Part shown: positions 28,202-43,364 of the stretch, in pieces
Numbering within the stretch: the first letter of the stretch is position 1
How the letters are laid out: each line of letters starts with the position of its first letter
Source: the human T2T-CHM13v2.0 reference genome, Homo sapiens
Assembly: GCF_009914755.1 (NCBI RefSeq)
Contig: NC_060932.1
Direction: 5' to 3' (one strand)
DNA: 64,000 nucleotides
Made by a program: the position numbers and the translations under genes
The notes under the pieces: model-generated
What the model was told of the DNA's origin: nothing
The model's database searches: none
Seen by the model: only the letters and a program-made list of their open reading frames with translations

Positions 28202-28207
28202 TTTATT
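28202..28207 (-). terminator. Polyadenylation signal AATAAA (distal)
   Basis: tttatt on the + strand; a U-rich element (ctgtttttcatttt) follows about 20-35 nt downstream on the minus strand. Confidence 0.7.
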
Positions 28208-28257
28208 TTGCAATGTTTTCCATAATACTTAAGTTTTTCAATGTTTAGATATTTTTC

Positions 28258-28263
28258 TTTATT
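28258..28263 (-). terminator. Second AATAAA, 56 nt upstream of the distal one
   Basis: tttatt on the + strand. Confidence 0.45.
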
Positions 28264-28357
28264 GAAGGATGAATTTCTTTTTATGGCTTGTTTTATATCT
28301 TGCAATGTTTTTTCTATAATGTTTAAGTTTTTTTATGTATGGGTGTGTGTGTGTATA

Positions 28358-28667
28358 TATATATATTTTTTTCTTTTTCTTTTTTTTTTTTTTTTTTGAG
28401 ACATAGTCTCACTCCGTCGTCCAGGCTGGCGCGACCTTGGCTCACTGCAACCTATGCCTCCTGGGTTCAAGCGATTCTCCTGCCTCAGCCTCCCAAGTAG
28501 CTGGGACTATAGGCACATGCTACCACGCCTGGCTAATTTTTTGTATTTTTAGTAGAGATGGGGTTTCACTGTGTTAGCCAGGATGGTCTCAATCTCCTGA
28601 CCTCATGATCCGCCCGCCTCAGCCTCCCAAAGTGCTGGGATTACGGGAGTGAGCCACCATGCCCAGC
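28358..28667 (-). mobile_element. Alu in the NUGGC 3' UTR (sense relative to the mRNA)
   Basis: Poly(T) followed by the reverse-complement Alu on the + strand. Confidence 0.92.
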
Positions 28668-28855
28668 GATGTTTAGATGTTTTTGCGGAAGCAAAAGTTT
28701 CTTGCCCTAAAGCTTTAGAACTCCATTAGGTATTGAAGATGACTCTTTGGGGCTATAAAATAAAATGCAGTAAACATACTAGTTTTATATTGCATGCAAA
28801 GTCCAAATAGTTGAGAAATGTCCTCTATTAGATTTCACAAAACAGAAAAAATTCT

Positions 28856-29672
<817 letters not shown>

Positions 29673-30104
29673 CTACAGGAGAGCAGAAAGCTCACATCAG
29701 GACTTGGTGTCCGTTGCAGAAACGTCTCCAGAAAGCAAATCCCCCAACAATCCTGTCACTTGTCCCAGAATATGAGATCTGGAGTGGTGCTTACAGATCA
29801 GACATCAAAGCAGGTGTTCCTCCTCTTACCAGAAAGCTTTCTCAGCATGGGGTCACCCTCAAAAGAAACCCAAACCTACCCATAAGAAAAACCCTGAGAA
29901 GTCACTGGGTCTGTATTAAGGCTTCACAGGTGTGTGATATACAAAGCATGTTGCACAATAACACCTCCTCTAATTCCTCTCCAGGCGGCTCCCCCTCTTC
30001 CCCCCACCCCAATCCCTATCCTCCCAGCACAACCCATTCTCAGTGAATGTTCTCTTTCTGGCATCTCAGGTTTTAAACCCATGATCTGTAATCAAACCAT
30101 GTTC

Positions 30105-30791
<687 letters not shown>

Positions 30792-31109
30792 GTCCTCTTT
30801 GAAGGGACACTTCAGACTGAGCCCTGAATGCCTTTCTAATCCCCCTTGGCTTTCTGTGCCCGAGGGTGACTCAGGTTAGTTGGCCCTGAGCCTGGCCAGG
30901 GATGGGACTCATAAGCAGAGGGGAGTTAGGACCCGGAGTCTTTTTGTTCTGTCCCATATCTGGAAGGCCTCCCTTCTCCCCACTGCCTCTGAAATCAACC
31001 TAACCTTTGAGGCTTCCCCCAGGACCCAGCTTCAGTGACGCTTCCCCGCGTCCCAGCCCTGAATAACCACTCTGTCTCTGAACTTCAAGAATAACGATCT
31101 GAAGTCTGA

Positions 31110-31405
31110 GTGGGTTCCCTCCCTCAGGGCTTTGCTTAAGTGTCACATTCCCAGGGAGACCTTCCTTTACCACCCTGTCCCACCACCCTGTCCCGTACCT
31201 CAGCATCCCTTCTTCCCTTTCTGTGTTTCGCTTCCCTGCCACATATTTCACTTATTAGTTTGCTGACTGCCTGCCTTCCACCCACTGGGCTGTGAGCTCC
31301 ATGAAGGTGGGGACTCTTGCCTGTATTGGCCACCACTGTGTCCTCAGCACCCAGAACACTGCCTGGCACCCAGGACGTGATCAGAATCGCTTGCTGAGTG
31401 AATGT
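31110..31405 (+). mobile_element. L2 3' fragment
   Basis: ctgtgagctccatgaaggtggggact...cagcacccagaacactgcctggcac...tgagtgaatg. Confidence 0.75.
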
Positions 31406-31564
31406 AAACTCCCCAGTCTTACAACGCACATTCTTACACATCTTGTCTTACCAACCAGGTAAGGCCCTGACAACAGGGACTGCCTTTTAGATTTCTTTAT
31501 AAAGTATGACCCCCTGACATGATGTATATTTGCTGTCGATGGTGAAGAGAAGGAAATAGGCTTA

Positions 31565-31632
31565 AATTATAGCAGTTGCACTTGACATCAAACTGAGGGG
31601 AGCACCATCTGTCAAGTGCACCTGCTATAATT
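31565..31632. repeat. Inverted repeat: 23-bp arms (1 mismatch) and a 22-nt loop
   Basis: AATTATAGCAGTTGCACTTGACA (31565-31587) and TGTCAAGTGCACCTGCTATAATT (31610-31632). Confidence 0.93.
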
Positions 31633-32972
31633 CTTGAAGTTCAGAGACAGAGTGGTTATTCAGGGCTGGGATGCGGGGAAGCTTCACTGAAGCTGGTCAA
31701 GATCTCTGGCAAGCGGGAGTTCTTTAAAGCAGGCACATTGGAATGACTATCATCTTAAAACTTAGATTCCTATAAAGGCCTGGACAGAAGGTCGTGAGAG
31801 TCCAGTACATTATAGTGTGAGGGTGTTGTATCTCCTTCCCTGGAGTCCGTTAGGATCAGGTTAGAGGTCCATCTAACCAGCCATAAATGGGTCATAAAGA
31901 TTCCCAGAGAGATGGAGAAGTGCAGAACGGATTGTTAGAAGCAGCCATTGTGGCTTTGACTTTGGGAACAGCTCTGTCTACTTTCGCCCTGGCAAACTCA
32001 AATGGCATCAGATCTGTTCATTGCAGCAGGCAACTATGGATGTGGTATAAAATATAAAAGGCACAAAATATACAGGGTGCAGAGCAAGGCTCCCACCCTC
32101 TCCTACCCTCCAGCCTTCCAGTTCCCCTCCTTAGAGGCAACGAGTACTGCCAGTGTTCTATGTAGCCCATGGAGATTTTTATGCACATACAAACATATAC
32201 ATATGTATTTCCTTTTTTCCCCTCTCACAAATGGCAACATACCATATACATTTACTCACTTTGCTGTTTTCCACTTTGTAATATATTTTGGAGATCATTT
32301 CATGCCACTACCTATAAAGCTGCTTTATTTTTTCTAACAGTTACACAGTCCTCCACTCCTTGTGTATCTAATTTAATTTGAGCAGTGCTTTACTTACAGA
32401 TATTTGAGTTGTCCCCATTTCTGACTTTAGAATGTTACCCTGAATAACCTTGTCTATATGCCACCCTCCCCCCATATAAGGATATCTGTAGGGTTGCTGC
32501 GCCAAATGATATGTGCATTTTAAATTTGGCTAGAAATTACTTAATTGCTGTTTGTACCAGGTTACCCTCTCCAGTTTATACCGGGGGCCTGATGGAGCCC
32601 ATGGCCTGAAAGGGACATGGTTGCCTACACCAAGGTCCACAGCTGGGGCCGCATCCCCAGGCTATAGGTGGATTAAGAGAAGCCTTTCTCCACCATCACC
32701 AGACCATGAAATTTTTCTTAAGGAGGCATCAACTTAAAAGAAAGACTTTATGGAGAGAGCAGGGCAAAGCTGTGGATTTAAATTAGCCGCTTTCCAGCTA
32801 TGGGACCTTGGGCACATTTCCTAATATGAGTCTCTATTTCTGCATCTGCAAAATGGAGCAACAACATCTATCCCTGGGAGGTAATGTGAGAATTCAGTGA
32901 AACCATGAGCACAAAGCCTGAGTATAATGCTTGCTGTCAGTTGGGTGCTGGGCAAAGGGTAGGGCTGTTGTT

Positions 32973-32973
<1 letters not shown>

Positions 32974-33003
<30 letters not shown>

Positions 33004-33022
33004 CCATCATCATCGTCATCAT
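32974..33022. repeat. (CAT)n microsatellite following a MIR
   Basis: Read directly from the sequence. Confidence 0.9.
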
Positions 33023-33169
33023 CTCCATTCCTTGCCCTGCTAATTCTTCCTAACTTCCTAACTTAAATTCCTAAAATTTAAAGTTTAATACCTTTAAATT
33101 CAGGAAGGAGTAACCACAGCCAGGGCTGTCTGCACAATCACCCTGTATACAAAGCTTTGGCGTATTTAC

Positions 33170-33260
33170 CTGCAAGCTCCTTGTAGAGGCCATCCCCCTG
33201 GGACGAAGCAAGGGCCAGCATAGTGGTGATGCTGCCCTTCACCTTCTCCACGATTCCAGT
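33170..33260 (-). CDS. NUGGC: NUGGC penultimate exon (91 nt): TGIVEKVKGSITTMLALASSQGDGLYKELA(D)
   Basis: Acceptor tgttgcatag|ACT, donor GCAG|gtaaat. Confidence 0.93.
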
Positions 33261-35473
33261 CTATGCAACAAGGACATTCAGTCTGTTAGGATGGTGCAGC
33301 CCAAGGAAAAGTGGATCTTATAAAAGGGACCCCACCCAGTCCCCCAGCCACGGAAGGTACAGACTGGGGTTGCCAAAGTCAGGCTTTGCAACCCAGTTGC
33401 AAAACGGTGAAACATTTTCAAGGACACCAAATGGCCCAGGAGGCAGCAAGACAACATTTCTGTGGGCTCCCATCTGTACAGCATCTCCCTCCCCGCCTAC
33501 AGGCTCGTGGGGGGCTGCAGCTCTGGTGCCAGCTGATCAAATCAGGAGCTAATGGGGAAGCATGAAGGCATGGCGGAGAGAATGGCAATCACAGAGATGG
33601 AAAAAGAGGGAAAGAGCTGGTCACTTTCCCACCATCCTCTCGTCCATGCATCTGCTCACTGGGGAGATGTTTGCTGCACACTTGCTTTGTGCCACTCACC
33701 TTACTGTACATGTCTGATTCTTCCCAACTGCCTGAGAAGTGTCTTCTTGCTACTCTTAGTCCTTTTATCAACTAAAACCCCTTTCTTCCCTCTTCTGTTT
33801 CTGCCTCCCTTTGAAAAAAATGTCAGGCTCTTTCCTCTAGCCTGGCAGAGTCTAGTTTTGAAGCTGGATCTCCTACGCTTTTTCTTTAACGTTCTAGATT
33901 CTAGATCAAGAGCCCTAAGCATACATCTCAGCTCTAGCCATGGACCTGGAACCTGTAACTCAAGGCCTCTAGGTTCCAGCTTCCTCATCTTTAAGATCAG
34001 GGAACGAGAGATTCACAGCTCCTAAACCACAAGAAGGAGTCACCTCACGCTAGAGTGAAAACGAAGCAGCAAGCCACATTATCGATCAATATATCAGAGA
34101 CTAATCTGTATATTCAACAAAATACTATTCCATTCTTTAATTTACAGGACTATTGCGAAGAGGTAATTTAAAAAAAGTAAATCTTCAAACATTATGTATA
34201 AAAAGAAATTTCACCCATTGTGTAGAACTAAAATATTTTAAAAAACTAAAAGTTAACTGGCGTTCTTTAAAAAAAAAAAAAAAAATCACAGAATGGGAAC
34301 ACTCTATGGTCTTGCCCAGTTTTAACTTCCTATGTTTCTGTCATTTCAGATACATTTGTACATGGTCAACGTACACATTTTTTAAGCGACATAGTTTCCT
34401 GGGTGTCTTAAGATCCAGTGTCTATGTACACAATGGGGAAATGGGAACTGGCTTTATGGAGTTCGGCCAGTTTCTTGTCCATGAATTTTTAGACGGTGAT
34501 AACATGTTAAAGGATTGAAACTAAACTGCTGCTGGTGAACAAGATGCCTCTTAGCCTACTCCAAGGGGAATTACATGCTTTGAATTGTAAAGAAGGATAT
34601 TTTCCAAAACTGCAGTCCCGGTGGAGGAGAGGAGATTGGGCAGAAACAGGTTGGAGATGTTTCAAGAAGGCTGGTTCTGAGGTGGACTGAGATAGCAATA
34701 GGCCAGCTTCCTTGAGGGCTTGGGAGACAGGATCAGCCAGCCTGGGTTGAGGCAGAAAATGTGGAGCCTCACATGGCCAGGGAGGAAGCCCACAGTGGCA
34801 TGGACTTCAAGGATCTCTACTACTTGGGGGAAAGGGGGTGGCAAGCCATGAGGCCCAGAGCAGAGGCAAGATGGTCCAGGTAGGCTTGGCAGAAGCATTT
34901 AGGCCCAAGGAAACCATCAGGAACTATCTTCGGGGGTAGATAAAATTAAAGCTGAATGTGTGCTGGTTACCATAACTGACTGGCCTTGAGTAGTGTATTG
35001 ATATTTACTTACTGACATTTTATGTAGACAAGACATCTCCCTATCTAAACAATCTGTTTTGAGATCGTGCTATTGTTGGACATGCTGGAGACAGGCTTCC
35101 CAATCCCAAATCCCAGCTGTGCATCTCCCTGGCTGTGTGGCTGGTTGATACATCTCCCGCTGCCAGAAGTTTCTTCTCTATAAAATGGGAACAATGATAG
35201 TACCTACCTCACAGACTTGCTGGGGATTAAATGAGCTAATGTAAATAGCTGAGCACATGTCTAGCTATTACAGTCTCTGTGCTACTGGTGACTCAGGAAA
35301 GAGGAGAGGCACAAGAGAGTGTTGGAAGACTGCAGCTCTCAAGTCGAAGCCCCAGAAAGCATCTGTTCCATTTGGACCCAAATGCCTACTGTGCCTTCCA
35401 CCTTCTGCACTCGCTTCCTCTCCTCCCCCGGAGCCTCTCGGGGTCTAGGATCCAGGATGTGGGCATAGAGTAC

Positions 35474-35976
<503 letters not shown>

Positions 35977-36517
35977 GAAACCTTTGGCCTTAGAAAGAAA
36001 AGCAAGCCAAGCAAACAAACAAACAACAACAACAAATATATATATACTTATATAAAAATAACACTTTATATGTTTAGATAATAACCAGCATTCAGAAAAC
36101 CTAATGACTGAATTAAGCTGAAACTTGCAAAATCACTCCCTACCCCTCAAACGACAGATTCACCAAAACAGGAAAGAGCCTGAAAATGAGTTCACAAGTG
36201 AGTGAGTTCAAGTATTTGTGAATACTTGGAAACAAAAATGAGAACCTGGACACTGGATTCTACAGCTAAATCAGCTGGGATGTTGTATGCAAAAAAGCAG
36301 GGTGTCTGGACCAAGGGTAGACAGAAAGAGCTGGAAAACACACAGAGAAGGGTCCTCACACCCTGCAGTCATGTGGTTGCAATGTGTGGACTGAGAGTGC
36401 TGCAAAGTCTTACGGTGCAAGAGAACAGGGCCTTTGAGGGAGCCGCAGAAAAGGATGCGAAAGATGCTGACAGAAAGTCCCAGAGCAGGCAGAAATGCTG
36501 TCCTCCGCAGCCCCCAC

Positions 36518-36626
36518 CTTCGTAACAGAGCTTCAGGTCACTCTGGACAGAGGCAGTGAGGGACTCGTAGATCCTCCTCTTCCTTCTGAGGATGTGGTCC
36601 TCCAGGCCCCCGAGGATGGCACTTAT
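36518..36626 (-). CDS. NUGGC: NUGGC coding exon (109 nt): ISAILGGLEDHILRRKRRIYESLTASVQSDLKLCYE(E)
   Basis: Acceptor tcttcccag|ATA, donor GAAG|gtgggg; lies within ORF 36369..36842(-). Confidence 0.93.
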
Positions 36627-37450
36627 CTGGGAAGATGTGGCAAAAGAGGCCGTTGGTGACAATTCCTTCAATGGAAGCAGGTCAGGTGTCCCAGTGCATG
36701 GCCACCATTCCCTCCACCTCCACCTTATATGATGCCCAGTTGTTTGTCTGTCATCTCCACAACTAGGCTGTGAGCTTCTCATAGGCAGGAACTCTGTTCT
36801 AAGCATCTTTATACCCCAAGTGCTTCCCATGGTGCCTGGCACCTACAAACTACTCAATAAATATTTGCTGAGTTGAACTCAGGCACAGGCAACGTCCTGG
36901 AATGGGCCCTCTCTGGGGGGCAGAGGAGATACAAGCTCTTTCCCTAGCATTGCCATGTAATTTGAGGTGGCACTGGAAGAAAGTGGGTCACAGACAAGAG
37001 TCTTGAGGCCTCAAAACTAAAAATTGACCTAAAATTGAACAACAATAACAAAAAGGATTGACTTCTTTAAGTTTCACTGCATCGGATGCTACTTTGTAAC
37101 ATTGGCAAAAATGATAGGTTAGTGAAAATGGTTCCAGTTGATGCAAATTTTCATACAATTAAGGCTTCTTTAAAGATTCTTCCTGGAAACTGAGTCAACT
37201 TTGCAACCTTGTCGTGCACTCTCAGTTGCTTCACAGTGGAACAAAATGTCCCACACCTCCTCCAAGGCAGTCAGGCCCACTGCCGTCCCCACATCCCACT
37301 GGGTTCTGTATTTCACCGCACCTCCTAGGAGGTACTCCCAGACCCTGGATACTCCAGGGAACAAGGGAACAGACAGGCAACCTACAAAACTGGCCTGGGA
37401 AGAAAGCCATGCCCAACCTCACTGCTCTCCTCACTTTATAAGGAACGTAC

Positions 37451-37589
37451 CTCCTGGATCAGGAAATTTTTTTTGCAGCTATCATATTTCCAGCCACTTC
37501 TTATCCCAATTTCTGTCATTTTCTCCTGCAGGGACTGCTTAAAAGCATCTATGTGAGGCATCAGAGCTGAACCAGTGGGCTTCCCCGTC
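37451..37589 (-). CDS. NUGGC: NUGGC coding exon (139 nt): (R)TGKPTGSALMPHIDAFKQSLQEKMTEIGIRSGWKYDSCKKNFLIQE
   Basis: Acceptor ttcttccgtag|G, donor GAG|gtacgt; phase 2 start complements the previous exon. Confidence 0.93.
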
Positions 37590-38274
37590 CTACGGAAGAA
37601 AGTGACAAAAAAGTTTAAGAGAATGGTGGCTGCTGTGAGGCTGAAACAAACACGAAACTAGCTGGTGTCCTTTTATTCATTTAAGAGAAGGAAGATGAAA
37701 TCTAACAGTTATCAAATCCCTATAATGTGCCAGGCACTGTGCTGTGCCAGACCTTTGACATAAAAACCTATGAAGTTCGTGAGATAATGCTCACTTAACA
37801 AGTGAGAAAATTGAGGTTCAGAGAGGATTGCTGGTGTGTCCAAGGTCACACAGCTAGCAAGAGGCAGAGCCATGCTTGGAACACTGCTTTAACTACAGGA
37901 CTCACAGTCTTTCCACTGCCAATGTGTGTCCACTTGAAAGGGTGGAACTTGAACTATACCTAAAAGTTGGGTAAGATCTGAAGAAGTGGAAAGAAGAAAT
38001 TATTCCCCATGGGACAACATGGTAAGCACAGTCGTTTCAGAATATCCCAGAAATAGGAAGTGAGAGGTTGCAGAGGAGAGAGCACAAGCTTTAAATCCTA
38101 GCTCTCTGCTCATGAGTTGGGTGCCATTGGGAAAGATGCACAATTTTCTGAATCTCAGTTTGTTCAGATGTAAAAAGACAGAAGCCACTCCTTAGAGTCA
38201 CTGGGAACATCCGATGAGCTAATGCCTGCCAAGTGCTTAGCACTGGTGGCCAGGACAGGTAGCTGCTCTCTCTT

Positions 38275-38287
38275 TGCCACCTGCTGG
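38275..38287 (-). promoter_or_regulatory. Possible CTCF core motif CCAGCAGGTGGCA
   Basis: Matches the CTCF core consensus; motif only, no binding evidence. Confidence 0.3.
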
Positions 38288-38643
38288 GTGGGCTACAGCA
38301 CAAGGCTGCAACCAGGCAGCGGTGCAGGCAGAGGTTGGAAAGGCAAGCTGGAGGCAGGTGGAATGTCTTGAACGCGTTCTAAGGGATTTGAAGTTTAGCC
38401 CACAGAATTGTAAACAGGGCGGGGGTGCAATCGATGGAATGGCATAATCCAAGACGTGCTTAAAGAAAGGTGGGGCAGGGATGGGGGCTCTGAGTAAGAC
38501 ACAAGCAAAGGCTGGAGAATGGTTCAAGCAGCCACCAATGGGCAACCACGTGAAATGCCAGCGGGAAGGACAGAGACTATGGGTGGCTGTACTTGGGGAC
38601 TGGGAGATTCTGTTTCTGCTGATGGAGTAAAGAATTAGAGGTC

Positions 38644-38958
<315 letters not shown>

Positions 38959-39084
38959 TCAAGGAAGGAGGGAAGGAGGGAGCACCAAGGAGGTACAGTC
39001 CCCAAACCCACATCATGTATGTGAGCAGGCAGAGTGTGTCAGAAACAGACACAGCATCTTCAGTGCATTCAGGGAAAGCTCTGA

Positions 39085-39381
<297 letters not shown>

Positions 39382-39741
39382 GGAAGAAAGAAAGTTCTAA
39401 AGGCCATGTGTTTGCTTAATTCTACTCTCTCCAATCAAAATACCCTGTCCTGGGCTCAGATCCCTAAGAAAATGTATCCCCTGCTGCATGTATGAGATAT
39501 TTGAAAAATAATGGGAATCATAACATTAGTCTGAAAGCAGCATCTCAATCTGTGTCCAGGTCATCATGGGAAATTTTTAAGTAAACCAAACCAAGAAGGC
39601 TTTTGTGTTTTGCCAAGAGGTTTCCTTCTCCAGTTACAAGCTACTCTTTACACTTACAGATCCAAAGTCTAAATTCTTAAAGACTGGCTCCACATTCTTC
39701 CGATGTTTGTTCCCGAAGGTGCAAGATGAGAGATCCTTTAC

Positions 39742-39899
39742 CTAAAAATGCTTCCAAAAACAGGGTCGATCTGGTCATAGACGGGCTGAGTGAGGGCTTC
39801 ATTTAGATCAATTCTCGCCAGAGTCCTGGAGGCATAGATGCCATTTTTCAGGCAAACAGCTTTCAGGGTCTGATGAAAACCTTGGTTTCCTTTACTCCT
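39742..39899 (-). CDS. NUGGC: NUGGC coding exon (158 nt): RSKGNQGFHQTLKAVCLKNGIYASRTLARIDLNEALTQPVYDQIDPVFGSIF(R)
   Basis: Read directly from the sequence (absent from the ORF track). Acceptor attgtctag|AGG, donor TAG|gtaaag. Confidence 0.93.
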
Positions 39900-40719
39900 C
39901 TAGACAATCAACAATAAATTAGCAGAGTTAGGCATTAACTGGAAGGTCACTGGATTAGAATTGCATTGCCCTGGCCAAAGATCACTACCAAGAATCACAG
40001 GAAAGTGTAGAGACAACATGCTCTTTAAATATATGATTAAACTAAAAGAGGGAGGACAGTGGTCACGCCTCTAGGTCGTCTGGGTGCCCCTGCCATGGGC
40101 TTCCTAAAGTCCCTGTGCTCACTTGGATCACAACCCTTCTGAAGTGATTCTGTGTTAGTTTACTCATTTGTCCGGCTCCTGTACTCAGCCATTAGCTCAT
40201 TGAAATCAGGCACAGTGTCTCATCCATCTTTATGTCCTCAACATCTGGCAATAACTTAAGTAGTGTTTGAGAAATATTTGCTAAATGAGCAATTATTGAA
40301 CGACTAAATAAATGAATGAATGACAACGTGCTATGACCGGACAATAAGTATATGTCTTGAATTTTCTAAGGATAGTCCAGATTTCATAAACTTTTTGTTA
40401 AACTTTTAATGAAATACAATTGGATTTGTAATGTCTTGGCGATGTTTTTTTCCCAGGGAAATAAATACATAAATGAGAGGAAAGAAAAATATAAAGCTAG
40501 ACCTATGAGAGACATTAATCAATTTCGGCCAGATGGTAATCATTAGTAAAGAGAGTAAAACTGTGTTTGCTAAAATTTCAGTAGAGAGCTCTGTGATTTT
40601 TTAATCAATGATATACGTTTTAAGGGAATGGCCACATAGCATTGTACAATTGGTATAATTCTCTCTTTTTTCTCTGCTCTTTTTACTTAGTATTACAACA
40701 TGAGAATATCCCCAAATCA

Positions 40720-41043
<324 letters not shown>

Positions 41044-41459
41044 CTAATAACCATTTAATATAGTATCATATGGATGAAAAATAATTCATTTTACCTCTCT
41101 CTTGTTCTTAGACATTTCGGTTATTTTCCTATGTTAAATAATGATACGATGTTAGTATGTAATTGTCTTCCCAAATTTCTGATCTCAAAGATACATTGTT
41201 TATTTGATAGGAGCACCTTGGGCATGTTTGTAGTCACAGAGGAAGAAGTCATTAAAGGGCTGATGAGATGGGACAGTTGATGGGGTAAAGTCCTGGAGAC
41301 GCTCGAAAATGTCTGTAGTTGCTTCTTCTGCTCACAGCAAACTCTCAACAGGGTGATCTCTGCCTCATGCCTTCGTCCTCTCAGCCCCCACTCACTCATT
41401 CACTTTCTGTGATCTGGGTTTTTCAATCATGGGATAGAAACAGCTCTATCTAAGGTCAC

Positions 41460-41978
41460 TTCTTTATCTATTGCTATGAAACAAATTACCCCGAACATAG
41501 CGGTGCAGTGGCTTAAAAACAAACAGTAAACGCCTGTCATCTCTCAGGGATCTGTGGGTCAGGACTGGGATGGCTGGGCTGGCCACTCTGGCTCAGGATT
41601 CTCCTGAGGTTTGGTCAGGTGTGGCTGGGGGCATAGTCATCTGAGTGAGGCTGGAGGATCTGCTTCCAAAGATACCCGGCTGCTCGCTGGTGCTGGCTCC
41701 TGGCCTCAGGCGGGGGCCTTAGCTGCTCTCCATGTGACCTCTGCACACAGTGGCTCAATTTCAGTACACAAAGGCGTCCCCCTGAGAAAGTGACCCAAGA
41801 GCCACCATGGAAACTTCCATGGCCCTTGATGGCCTAGCCTCAGAAGCCACACACTGTCACCTCTGCAGCATTCTCTTGCTCAGAAATCAGCCCTGATTCA
41901 ACGTGGGGGAGACTCCATGAGGGCATAAATACCCAGAGGTGAGGACCCTTGGGGCCACTGTGGTGGCTGCCTAGCACA
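41460..41978. mobile_element. MLT1-family LTR
   Basis: attgctatgaaacaaattacccc...gtggcttaaaaacaa...ggctggaggatctgcttccaa. Confidence 0.75.
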
Positions 41979-42084
41979 GTCACCAATGAAACCCTCAATG
42001 GCCAAATCCAATGGCTCTGGTTTGCTTTTGTTTGTTTGTTTGTTTTTTACTTCTCAGGAGCATGTGATATTCGTCTTAACGAAC

Positions 42085-42375
42085 TTTATTTTTCTTTTTT
42101 AAGAGACAGGGTCTCTCTCTGTCACCCAGGCTGGAGTGCAGTGGCACGACCATAGCTCACTGCAGCCTCCAACACCTGGGCTCAGGTGATCCTCCTGCCT
42201 CAGCTTCCTGAGAAGCTGGGACTACAGGGGTATGCCACCATGCCCAACTTTTTTTTTTAAGAGACAGGTTCTTGCTATGTTGCCTGGTTGGTCTTGAACT
42301 CCTGGCCTCAAGCAATCCTTCTGCCTCAGCCTCCCAAAGTGCTGGGATTACAGGCATGAGCCACTGCACTCAGCC
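42085..42375 (-). mobile_element. AluJ
   Basis: Reverse Alu; TSD CTTAAC(G/A)AACTTT. Confidence 0.9.
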
Positions 42376-43029
42376 TTAACAAACTTTATTACTTCAGTTT
42401 TCTGGTTGGAAAATAAGAAATTAAGCATTACACTAAAAATAAGCATAAAAATAAGAAAATAGGCATTACACGATTTCCTTCTTCTGCTACCTCTCAGGCT
42501 TTTCCTTCTCTGCCCCTCCCCTGCCCCTCTTTATTCTTTTGCTTCCTTAATGTGGCCTTTGTATGAAGAGATATCCTATCACTGTCCTTCTCTCCACTCC
42601 TCCTCAATCCCATTCACTGGTATATGTGCATCAATTCCATGCAAGTGACAGCTACATCCTCCAGCCCCACCTCTCTCCAGGCTTCAGTTCCATATTTCCA
42701 ACACTGTATTAGATATTCCACCTCCATGAAACAGTAAATACATAATCTTCAGTTGTGAACATATTGCTTCCCCAACCAAAGGATAAGCTCCTCCCTCCCA
42801 AATCTTCTTAGATCTTCTTTAAATTGAAGCAATTTGCTTTCTCTTGGATGCGAATCTTCCCCAAAAATGTTGCCACCTTGCTTTCCCACATCTCCCCATG
42901 TCTGAACTATTGATAATCCTCATTGAGATGTCCTTCAGATTTGCTCTTCTAGCCACCTCTTCCTTCCTATTCTGTCTGCCACAACCTTTGTTGAGATCTT
43001 GCCATGTCTCATCTTAACAAAGCACCTAC

Positions 43030-43364
43030 TGTAAGGGAAATGGCTGCGCTTTAGTCAGGAGTAGGCCGAGGCGGTCTTCTGGAGCATCATGACTCAGCGG
43101 GTTTGGAGTACAGGTGCACAACCCTGCACATTATGTAACCACGCCACATGAGGTGCATTAGAGGATCACCCACATGAGCTTGTGCTTGGCTCAGAACCAC
43201 TATTGTCTACAGACGGTATAATTACCCTGCTAACGCTGTACATACAGCTCGCTCATGCCCAGAGAAAGAGTAAAGCCATGTCAAAACTGTCTACGATTCC
43301 TCGTTTATCCAGCTACCCGCCACTCGCTCACCAACTCCCCTCAGACCTCAGTTAGACCCTGACA
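43030..43364 (+). mobile_element. LTR18A solo LTR (antisense to NUGGC)
   Basis: TGTAAGGGAAATGGCTGCGCTTTAGTCAGGAGTAGGCCGAGG...CCTGACA; TSD CCTAC/CCTCC. Confidence 0.85.

Noticed and set aside
36369-36842. 157-aa ORF extending both sides of the 109-nt exon
   Set aside because: Only 36518-36626 is bounded by phase-compatible splice sites. The upstream part runs into L2-derived sequence.
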